The notes beneath the pieces are model-generated. The model was not told the DNA's origin, did not search any database, and saw only the letters and a list, made by a program, of their open reading frames with translations. A DNA stretch of 62,102 nucleotides, counting the filler, from Dugesia japonica (lineage: Eukaryota): NCBI GenBank assembly GCA_001938525.1. It is 6 parts of 6 records of this genome, joined end to end, with 100 filler letters (N's around TTAATTAATTAA, not from the genome) between each part and the next. Parts side by side here need not be neighbours in the genome. Positions count along the whole stretch, not along the records: positions 30,268 to 43,645 come from MQRL01631490.1; positions 43,746 to 53,799 come from MQRL01526844.1; 4 more parts are not named here. One strand, given 5' to 3'. A program made the translations under genes and the position numbers. Positions 41,047-51,334 of this stretch are shown piece after piece (position 1 is the first letter of the stretch; every line of letters begins with the position of its first letter).

Positions 41047-41120
41047 TTCTTATTCGTCCAGTGGTAAGAACTTACTTTTGCAACTCATTAGTGGTAGGTT
41101 CAAATCCAATGAATGATCAC
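41047..41120 (+). pseudogene. tRNA-derived cassette, copy 1
   Basis: A-box-like TCGTCCAGTGG (41054) and B-box GGTTCAAATCC (41097). The cloverleaf is decayed. Confidence 0.55.
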
Positions 41121-41390
41121 TTACTTTACACTGTTTTTTCGGATTTTACCAGTCTTTTATAATGTATGGCGATTTAAGATGATGCTATTCAGAATCAGTA
41201 AAACATTCTCTATCCAATAGATACTTTGATGTTTAAATTTGAGATACTTTTTTATTTTTTCAAAAATTTCAAAGACTAATTATCCATGAGAGCAACCCAT
41301 AATTAGTACTTGTTTTAAATTTATTTCATCAATAATAAAGTTTGATTATTTTTTATACGTATTAATAATAATATTTGAAATATATTCAAT

Positions 41391-41469
41391 TACTGCATGG
41401 TCCAGTGGTAATAGCAGTTCTTTTACAACTCATCATTGGTGGTTCGATTCCATTGAGTGACTATTTTTT
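41391..41469 (+). pseudogene. tRNA-derived cassette, copy 2 (Lys-UUU-like loop)
   Basis: A box TGGTCCAGTGG (41398), arm AGTT-CTTTTAC-AACT, T-arm GGTGG-TTCGATT-CCATT and a T6 terminator at 41464. The acceptor stem is imperfect. Confidence 0.6.
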
Positions 41470-41664
41470 CACTTTGTTTTTTCTTAATAACTCTTTATGT
41501 ATACAATTTGACGATTTGTAACTATGTTTTTCTTATTCAAAAGAAAATTTTCTATCGGATAGACTAGTTTAAAATTACATTCTAATTTCCCTTTAAAAAA
41601 TTCATAATTCCCTCCCAGACTCCCAAAATGAAGAACATGTTTTTTCAATATAACTTTTTATTTA

Positions 41665-43645
41665 TACAATTTGGTGATTTTCGGTTTATACATTTGGAAT
41701 CAGCAAACGATTCTCTATCAAATACATATCTTGTTGGGAAATTTTAAGATACTTTTTTAATTTTCGAAAAAAGTTACCAAATCCAAGAGGACTGCTGAAA
41801 ATCTTCGTTAGGAAGCATTTTTGTCGATACGATACTTTAACTTTACATAGTCACATTTTTNTTCTGAGTAAAATAATACTGAATTCAAAACCATACGAGT
41901 TATGTACGCAGAGAAAATTGAGCACCGAAATTCAAAATTTGAGATTTTCCCCATAAAATCTAATGTATTTCATCGGGTAATAACTTTAAGGATTTTAGGT
42001 TTATATATTTGGAATCAGCAAAAAATTTTCTATTTAATAGACATGATTACTGTATGTTAAGATGAGAAATAATTTTTTCGAAAACTTTTTATTTGTGAAA
42101 AATAATCTCCATCGAATTCTTCATTGATTGATGTAAAAATCTCGATACAAGATTTTTTCAAAAATTTTCGAATTTTTGGATGTTCTCCCGGATTCCAATA
42201 AAACTTTGATTTAAAAATTTTTAAAATCTGAAAATTTAAACAAAAATGACTTAATTTCATCAATATACCACAAAAAGATAAAATAATTTTAAAAACTTGA
42301 AAATTTAAACAAATTCCAGTTTTTCTATGAATTTCCGTAAAACTTCAACCCAAATTGACCATCCTGAAGAAATAATAGACACAATCACCCAAAAATTAAC
42401 CAAATCGATCATTCCCGAGGAAATATTTGACCGAATTCACCTGGACCAACCAAAATTCGATCTCATTCGATCTCACCGAGAAAATTCCCAGCTAAATATA
42501 CAGTAAAAATATTGCCGCCTAGAAAGCCTATTAAAATTTTCACAACTAAATACATAGTAAAAATAAAAAATACTGGATCACTTATGTAATAATCTCGTGA
42601 CGAAATTAATCTCGCACACATAAATTTTGNNNNNNNNNNNNNNNNNNNNNNNNNNNNNNNNNNNNNNNNNNNNNNNNNNATACAATTTGGTGATTTTCGG
42701 TTTATACATTTGGAATCAGCAAACGATTCTCTATCAAATACATATCTTGTTGGCAAATTTTAAGATACTTTTTTAATTTTCGAAAAAAGTTACCAAATCC
42801 AAGAGGACTGCTGAAAATCTTCGTTATGAAGCATTTTTGTCGATACGATACTTTAACTTTACATAGTCACATTTTTCTTCTGAGTAAAATAATACTGAAT
42901 TCAAAACCATACGAGTTATGTACGCAGAGAAAATTGAGCACCGAAATTCAAAATTTGAGATTTTCCCCATAAAATCTAATGTATTTCATCGGGTAATAAC
43001 TTTAAGGATTTTAGGTTTATATATTTGGAATCAGCAAAAAATTTTCTATTTAATAGACATGATTACTGTATGTTAAGATGAGAAATAATTTTTTCGAAAA
43101 CTTTTTATTTGTGAAAAATAATCTCCATCGAATTCTTCATTGATTGATGTAAAAATCTCGATACAAGATTTTTTCAAAAATTTTCGAATTTTTGGATGTT
43201 CTCCCGGATTCCAATAAAACTTTGATTTAAAAATTTTTAAAATCTGAAAATTTAAACAAAAATGACTTAATTTCATCAATATACCACAAAAAGATAAAAT
43301 AATTTTAAAAACTTGAAAATTTAAACAAATTCCAGTTTTTCTATGAATTTCCGTAAAACTTCAACCCAAATTGACCATCCTGAAGAAATAATAGACACAA
43401 TCACCCAAAAATTAACCAAATCGATCATTCCCGAGGAAATATTTGACCGAATTCACCTGGACCAACCAAAATTCGATCTCATTCGATCTCACCGAGAAAA
43501 TTCCCAGCTAAATATACAGTAAAAATATTGCCGCCTAGAAAGCCTATTAAAATTTTCACAACTAAATACATAGTAAAAATAAAAAATACTGGATCACTTA
43601 TGTAATAATCTCGTGACGAAATTAATCTCGCACACATAAATTTTG
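41665..43645 (+). repeat. Repeat-module copy present twice (41665-42629 and 42680-43645, nearly identical; probable assembly duplication)
   Basis: Near-identical ~965-bp blocks flank a 50-N gap. They contain TTTGGAATCAGC motifs, CCGAG units and the CAACTAAATACA tail. Confidence 0.85.
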
Positions 43646-44439
43646 NNNNNNNNNNNNNNNNNNNNNNNNNNNNNNNNNNNNNNNNNNNNTTAATTAATTA
43701 ANNNNNNNNNNNNNNNNNNNNNNNNNNNNNNNNNNNNNNNNNNNNCACAAATAACTCAATTGAACTAGTTAAAACATATAATAAACCCTATACATACAAT
43801 TAAATACATACAATAAAACGTATAGAGTCATTAAGTACATAAAATAAACCTATTATATACAATTACATACTCTCAATAAACCCAAAAGAGTTATATATTA
43901 CACATATTATTAAAGGTTTCCGGGGGAATATTAAAATTTTATTCATATTAATCTATATGTGCATCATAAATACATGATATGCAACGACAATGTAAAATAA
44001 ACAAAGGATTGATATAAACTTAACAACTGATNNNNNNNNNNNNNNNNNNNNNNNNNNNNNNNNNNNNNNNNNNNNNNNNNNNNNNNNNNNNNNNNNNNNN
44101 NNNNNNNNNNNNNNNNNNNNNNNNNNNNNNNNNNNNNNNNNNNNNNNNNNNNNNNNNNNNNNNNNNNNNNNNNNNNNNNNNNNNNNNNNNNNNNNNTTTG
44201 AAATTGACGAAATAGATGCAACATTAAAGAGAGTGATCAACGATACTCAACCAAATGATGATATTATTACAGAGAAACTGATTGATGCACAGCCAAAAAA
44301 AATGGGGGAAAAAAATCTTTGATTTATAATTTTCTTAGTCATTGGGGGTCTTTGTTCTGACTAGAATCATTAAGACTACATAAATAACTTTCCAAAATGA
44401 GTTTTTATGAAGGACATTCATTCTTTTGTAAAGAAACCT

Positions 44440-45366
44440 TTGAAAAAATATGTTTTATATTTCATATTTCAAAGACTTTTATACCAAACTACTGAGAATT
44501 TTACGGCAGTCTTTTTTGCACAGAATGTTTTGTAAAAAAATCTTTCTTTTCAAAAAAGGTTAAGAAAGTGTCTTTTCGGTAGAGAATATTTTGCTGATTC
44601 CAAATATGTTAACTTAAATCGTCAAAGTTAATAATCGATGAAGTAAATTAGTTTTTGTTGTGCGAAAATCTCAAAAATCAGATTTAAGCACTCAGTGCTT
44701 TGTGTGCAGGTGTCAGCTATCGACTCAAATTTGGTATTTTTTTACTCAGGAGAAAAATGTGTAAAAGTTAAAATATCTTCTCAAGAAAAATACTTCCTAA
44801 CGAATATTTACAGTTGTTTTCCCGGATTTGGTAACATTTTTCGAAAATATCAAAAGTATCTCAAACTTTAATAAAATTGATTCTATTCGATAGGAAATGT
44901 TACAGTGACTAACACAGTTAAAAATCAACAAACCATATACATAAAAATGAATATCAATAAAATTGTACTTAATTTTGAGTCTACCCCGAGTAACATTAAA
45001 ATAATAAAAACAAACTGTAAAAACTAAATAATAAGATAATATAATAAGATAAGATAAAGAGATTTTAACTTTGTACAGTCAAATTTTCTTCCTGAGTATA
45101 ATAATACCAAGTTTTAGTAGATAGATGGCATCTGCGTACGGAGCACTGAGTGCTAAAATCTGAATTTCGAGATTTTTTCAACACAAAACTTCATTAACAT
45201 ATTTGGAATCAGGGAAAACTTCTGTACCGAATAAACACTTTTTTAACCTATTTTTGAAAAGAAAGATTTTTTTCGAAAATAATTCTGTGCAATAATGATC
45301 GCCGTAAAATTCTCAGCAGTTTGGTATAAAAATCTTTGAAATCTGAAATATAGAATATATTTTTTC
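44440..45366. repeat. Long imperfect inverted repeat (foldback), arms about 44440-44770 and 45075-45366
   Basis: TTTTTATACCAAACTACTGAGAATTTTACGGC versus GCCGTAAAATTCTCAGCAGTTTGGTATAAAAA. GCACTCAGTGCT versus AGCACTGAGTGC. CTGATTCCAAATATGTTAA versus TTAACATATTTGGAATCAG. Confidence 0.8.
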
Positions 45367-45790
45367 AAAAGATTAGACTGTTCATCCAGATTCCCATAAA
45401 AATTTCATTTAAAAATTTTTAAATATTCATATTATTTAAACAGCATGAACGGTTGGCCAGGATTCCAATAAAAAAATTCTAACAAAGAAATTTTCACAAC
45501 TAAAAAGCTTGAAAAAATATTACCTCTTAAAAGACCTTAAAAATTTTCCCGATTAAAAAGCCTAAATTTAAAATTATTTGGTCAAATTTTTCAAAACACG
45601 ATTAAGAATTACATAATTTCTGTGCAAAAAAATTTTGTCAGCTAAAGTCATTGGATCAAATGGCCTGTCTTAATCTTATTTCATAAAATTTCACCAATTA
45701 AATTAATCTCTTTACATAATTTGTGTGCAAAACTTTTCCCAACTAAATGCCTAATATGATGTCATTTTTGATTTCCCAGCTAAATGCATT
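45060..45790 (+). repeat. Copy of the repeat module, immediately upstream of the TBP-like locus
   Basis: Collinear with 33400-34092, ending at the same TGATG(T)CA(A)TTTTT..TTCCCA(G/A)CTAAATGCATT. Confidence 0.8.
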
Positions 45791-46216
45791 ATTACATCAT
45801 TACATCACTAATCTTGGGGGTACTTAATGTTTGCAGAGGTTTACAAATAAAATTTCAAAATATATTACACAACACAATTAGTTTATTTAAACATTTTAGT
45901 TGAACAAGGAGCGTTTTCTTCTTCATCATCCAAAAGTTTTCATCAAGTGAACTTATTGATTGAATCGACGTTTTACTGTCTTCATCTATAAGATTTTTTT
46001 CATCATCAGTCATATTATTGATCATCCAAAATGGTTATTTGTATGAAGAAAGCTTCAAAACTTCATCAATTATCTGAGTTGCTTAATCTCTGATTATGAT
46101 TAAAATCGTTTCTTTACTATTCATGACTGTAAACTATTTTTCAATTGGTATATGGATTTTGTTTATACTTAAAAAATTATAAATGGATGGAAGCAGGTTA
46201 TTTTTATTTTGTAATT

Positions 46217-46646
46217 ATGTTGTCAAATATAAACTATAAAGGATATACTTCACAAAAATTTGATAGTCTTCAATTTGGTTATGAACCAAAACAATGTGTA
46301 TTAAAGTACCGAGATTATACAATAATCATATTTTCAAATTGAAAATGTAGAATGATGGGTTCCAAAAACCAATAGAAAGAAACAAACTTTCATTCGAGAT
46401 AATTGTTGATAAAATACAATCAGTGACAATGACCCCTTGGTTGGAGATGTCAATAGATTTAGAAAAATTAATGGAAAAGAAAAATTGTATATATGAACCG
46501 GAAATATTTCCAGGTCTTTGATTAATAAAATACAATCCTTTATGTGTAAACGTTTTTCATTTTTGACAATAGTAATAATTGGTTTGAAGACTTCAGATTT
46601 TTTTGATGATGTAAATACAATATATGTATTAGATTTAATGAAATAA
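46217..46646 (+). pseudogene. Compact intronless TATA-binding-protein (TBP)-like pseudogene, about 143 codons
   Basis: Repeat 1: MLSNINYKG...PKQCVLKYRDYTIIIFSN*KCRMMGSK. After a frameshift, repeat 2: KIQSVTMT...IDLEKL...CIYEPEIFPGL*LIKYNPLCVNVFH-IVIIGLK. Canonical TBP has LIFSSGKMVCTGAK, KIQNMV, YEPELFPGL and LIFVSGKVVLTGAK. Confidence 0.8.
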
Positions 46647-46769
46647 ATGTATTAACTTTGTTTTTTATGTCTTGCTTATTAATTAATAAAGTTATACGTA
46701 AATAATAAATAAAGTTAATAATAATTGTTCCACGTGTAATCACGTTAAAATGCAAAAAAATTAATTAAT

Positions 46770-46783
46770 GTTGCCATGGGAAC
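46770..46783. promoter_or_regulatory. RFX X-box
   Basis: GTTGCCATGGGAAC is a 13/14 match to the palindrome GTTGCCATGGCAAC, inside a GC-elevated island upstream of a spliced gene. Confidence 0.55.
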
Positions 46784-47309
46784 GGTGCTACCAGTTACTA
46801 TTGCTATGACTCTAATGAGTTATGAGTTAGTAAGCCCCCCATTCTTTCCCACTGCTACAAACAATTGTGCTATTATTTCAATATGGGCAAAGCTTCAATG
46901 AATGTTCCCGATGAAGCTAAGAAGTATAAAAATGACCATTCGTTTTAGCACTAATTTAAATGTATAGTTGAGCTGTTTTTAAGGATCAGTTATTTAATTA
47001 ACTCGGTCTGCCAATTAAGGGGCTGTTAAAATAAAATTTTTAAATAAATTTAAATCAAGCATACTCAATTGTTTTGAATAAAACAATTTTTTTAAAACTG
47101 ATTTTTAATTGCAAAAATATCTGTTTAAAGAGACTTTTATGTAAAATATCACTTGATTGGCACAGTATGGGTTCCGTTTATGGCAGGTAGTTTTCAGTTT
47201 AAATAAATCCTGATTTTAAAATTATTTAATAAAGTTTTGTTTAAAAATATTTTTAATTCAATTTTCATTTCTTATGAAAAATATTATGATTTCTCCTAAT
47301 TTTTTGCAG

Positions 47310-48318
47310 ATGAAGTCATGCATCTGCTTATTATTCCTGCAAATCCAATCATAAAGATTATTAATTATAAAAGAATTTTATGTTACCTTTATCCAGAATT
47401 AGTTCCAGCTGATAGAATTGTTCTATCAACTAAAATGATAATGGATGCCAATGTTGGTCCTAATCTCATTATTTTAAATAATTCATTATTGTATGAACAA
47501 CGTTGTTTGTGTTTTCGTTGTTCCGTTGACAGATTTATGACAAAAGATAAATGCTATTGGGTAAAAAGTAAGGAAAATTTCAATGAAATGATTCTTAATA
47601 ATTTATTTAAATAAGCAAACATCAAATTTAAAGCAATTCCTACTCAAAATATTTACTTTTCATGGATTAGTATGACATTAAAATCAATTTTTATCAAAAG
47701 TGATCGAAAATATTTGGCACGCTGTATTTATAGCGGGAAAAGTAATATCACATTTAATTTAGGTCAAATTGGTATTAATAGTAATATAAGAAATGGTACT
47801 TATCCTCTTAAATGTACAATTCCGAATACTGGTGCACTATTTGAATTCCAATTGAAAATATTTGGTGATTTATTAAAACAAATTAACATAAAATTAATTA
47901 ATAAATAATTTTAAGCATTGAAAGTTGATTTATTTTTTTCGCCGACGGACAGTGATGTTTATATTCTTAGTCAGGAAATGGAAATCACTTGTGAAGTTCG
48001 ACCAGAAGAACTTTTATATCATTTACCAGATATTCGAATTCTCTCTGTAAATTCTACAGAGTTCGTTAATGTTTCCTCTAGAGAAATAAGTATTGGTGGA
48101 ATAAATTTTATTTCTACAGATATTATTTGCCTAGTTTGCGGTCATCCTTTACTAAATAGAACTGTTTCAAAATGTTTTAAACCATATGGTATGTATAGGA
48201 ATTTAAATATTAACAATATGAACATATTATCAGTAATAATATAGATTTTCAGCTTAAGAATGCAAAGCTTGAATATCAGTTCTTTATTCTGATATATTTG
48301 AGATGTATTAATCTTTGA
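47310..48318 (+). CDS. Spliced host gene: extracellular protein with three Cys-containing beta-rich (Ig-like?) modules and a hydrophobic C-terminus
   Basis: Exons 47310-47567, 47616-47864, 47916-48188 and 48245-48318 are joined by 48, 51 and 56-bp GT-AG introns, all phase 1, giving one open frame. N-glycosylation sequons (NIT, NGT, NST, NVS, NRT) are present. The first exon(s) are unresolved. Confidence 0.72.
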
Positions 48319-50043
48319 TTTAAAGTGTTTAAATTTATTTTTACAATTCTATGTAAATATAAAAATGAATTTTATATTAATATATAATTTTATTTAATTT
48401 AATCATTTTAAAAATAATATATAAAAATTTCTTTACGCAAAATAATTCTAATAAACGGTTATTAAAATATTTTGATTTAAAACGTTTCTAAAGCATGTCA
48501 TCATTTATATTTCAATAATTTCACTGGATAAAAATAATCACTTTTTTTCTTGAAAAGCGAGAAAATTAGAAAATAAAAATTTTAATAAAATTAGTTGAAT
48601 TATTATTTCTATTTTTCGAGTGATTTTAGATTTTTCTGTTTCTTTAAAATAAAAGCTTCGATTAAATTGTTTTCGTTTTTCGACCGTATTTCGTATTTTC
48701 GATTTTATCTTCGTCAGGAATTGAATTTTTTTTCTTTCTATTTCGTATTGATATTTCAATTTACAAAACCTTTGATATGTGTTGTAAGGATTAAAAAATT
48801 GAAAATTGCAATTTAGATTTTAAAGAAGAAAATGTTAAAAAATATTTCAAGAATTTTTTAAAAATATTTAAAATGTTTGTTTAAATATTCAGCTTTTAAA
48901 AACAGAGTTTTTTAAAGATTGGAAGATTTGAAATTTTTAGTTATAAATAAAAAAAATTTTGAATTTTATGGAGATTTCAGAAAGTTTATCTGTAACTAAC
49001 ATGTGTAATAATTGAAAAATAAATAAACAAAAAACTAAAGTTACCAAAGATTTTNNNNNNNNNNNNNNNNNNNNNNNNNNNNNNNNNNNNNNNNNNNNNN
49101 NNNNNNNNNNNNNNNNNNNNNNNNNNNNNNNNNNNNNNNNNNNNNNNNNNNNNNNNNNNNNNNNNNNNNNNNATATATCTCTGGTCAATTGGATAAAGTA
49201 AAAATGCGCTTCATCATAAAAATCTTTATCGTGAAGTTTAAGCTCAAATTAAATGAAAGAAAATTATCAATAATGAACCGGTCATTAACAACATCGTGGG
49301 AGGGAGTTTGAAATAGTTTGGCAATTGTTAAACAAAGGAAAAGATTTATATAGGGAATTTTTCGTTGTTTTAATATTTCAATTTAATTTACTGTAAACAA
49401 TAATATTTAAATCTCATAAAAATTTTTATAAATTATAAAAAACAAATTATAAATCAAAATTATATATAAGAAATACATAATAAACACAACACATACATAA
49501 TTATAAATACAAAATAATAATCATAATTTTAAATACCATAATAATAATAAGAAATAAGAAATTTTTAAAACTAATAAATTAAATATACTTTGTTCTATAA
49601 GAATTTTCCTCGATTAATTTTATTCGATTTGTTTCCACTAGTCAATTTTAGATTTTAATTTTATTCGATAGATTTTCATGGTAAATATCTTAAACTTAAT
49701 TTTAAGAATTTTAATTAGGTTCAATTTGCACCATATAATTTTTCATAGGTTTACTTTTAACAGTTAATTTTTGAATTAGTTGATATTAGAAATTTTACAT
49801 AGATTAATTTTTACATATTTAATTTAACATATAATAATTTTAACAGTTAATTTTTAACCCGGTTAATAATAAAAAGTAAATAATATGTCAAAGAATTATT
49901 CATAAAATACATTTATTTAATTATCAAATGTTGATTTGATTTGAATTTAACGGATTTGATTACTTAAACATAAAATTAATTTTAATTAATATCAAATAAA
50001 ATTCTTACCTGGATATATGCGGATTAATTATTAGTTTTATTTA

Positions 50044-50510
50044 TTATGTGTTTAAATTATACCCATATGGTAAGCTGTTATTATTTTCTGTCCAACCTCG
50101 TTTATCGTCATTATTATTCAAAGTTCCCTTAGGTCCAAAGAAACTATATAATTGATGGTTCTTTGTTTTAATCCTAATCAGGTTTACTGAGACGGCTTGA
50201 TTGTTGTTATAACAATCTAGATAAGACTTATGTGTTAAGTCAGTGTCTTTTAATGTTATTTCCTTTTCCTTTATGTTTGTTTTTTCACTAAGAAGACTGT
50301 AACATTTCAGAAAAACCCATTTCTTAAATTTATGATATTCTAGTCTTTGAACTTCCTTACTGCTGAATTTAAGTTGTTCTTATATAGTGTATAACTTGTG
50401 CTATAGTTTGAAGTGTCTAATAATTTATTGTTTACTATTGATTCCAATAACTTTTCCATTTTATTTTTTTTTACTTCCAAGAAAAGGTTATCGGTATCAC
50501 CAGTAGGTAG
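50044..50510 (-). pseudogene. Polinton/Maverick-type protein-primed DNA polymerase B, extreme C-terminal remnant
   Basis: GDTDNLF, LLDTSNY and KFKD, then a frameshifted CYSLLSEK...HKSYLDCY...KNHQL...NDDKRGWTENNNSLPYGY*. DDKR..PYG is the typical Maverick pPolB terminus. Confidence 0.88.
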
Positions 50511-50689
50511 ATAGTGGCGCATAACACTACTTGAATTTTAACAAAATTAAAGCCCCCCTTTCCCCTTTCCTCCTGTAGTGTTTAAAAGTGATGTTGAATT
50601 TTTTTAAATTTTTTATAAAGAAATTAAAAGTGGGGTTTAAATTTTTAAAATAAATTAAAAGTGGTGTTTAATTTTTAAAAATAAATTAA

Positions 50690-51330
50690 AAGCGGAAATA
50701 TTTTTTCAGGTTTTTAGCGGTAGAATTTTTACTGTGTATTTAGGTGGGGAAATTTTTAGGCTTTTTAAGCCTAATATTTTTCACGTGTATTTAGTTCGGA
50801 ATTTTTTTGGTGATGTAGAATGAGGTTGATTTTTGATTAGTTCAGACGAATTTGGTTAGGAAGTTTTTTCGATGAAGTCGAATTTTAGTTGGTTCAGTTA
50901 AATTTGTTCAAAGGGTTTCTCGGTGAGATCGATTATGGTCAATTTTGATTGGTTTAGAGTAATGTTTTGATGACTGGGTCGAACTTTTCCTTAGGATTAG
51001 TACCTTTTAAGATGATTGGATCAAATATTTCCACGGGCTGGTCAGTTTGGATGATTTTTTGGGTGAATTGGTCAATTATTTACTTGGTTTAGATAATATT
51101 AGTCAATTATTTTCTCGGGTTTGGTTAATTTGGATCATTTTGGATGATTTTGTTGAATTATTTTAGATTTTAAAATTTTTTAAATCAAATTATTATAGGA
51201 ATACATGAAAAGTACTAAAATTTTGAAAAGTTTTTGAAAGTTTTTGTCGAGATTTTTATATAATTCGATGCAAAATTCGAAGAAGATTAAATTTCACAAA
51301 AAATATTTTTCGAAAAAATTATTTCTCATC
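50690..51330 (-). repeat. Copy of the repeat module (reverse), directly upstream of the pPolB remnant
   Basis: TTTTACTGTGTATTTAG, TTCTCGGTGAGATCGA, GTCAATTATTTTCTCGGG and TTTTCGAAAAAATTATTTCTCATC are reverse complements of 42060-42560. Confidence 0.8.
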
Positions 51331-51334
51331 CTTT

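Noticed and set aside
41665-43645. Recent ~1-kb tandem duplication (also 30510/31045, 53043/53312, 37923/38009)
   Set aside because: Near-identical copies flank 50-N gaps, which is typical of unmerged contig overlaps or haplotypes.
46340-46342. TGA recoding (selenocysteine or alternative code) in the TBP-like and TE frames
   Set aside because: The stops co-occur with frameshifts and map to G or R codons, which fits ordinary pseudogene decay. The spliced host genes read normally in the standard code.
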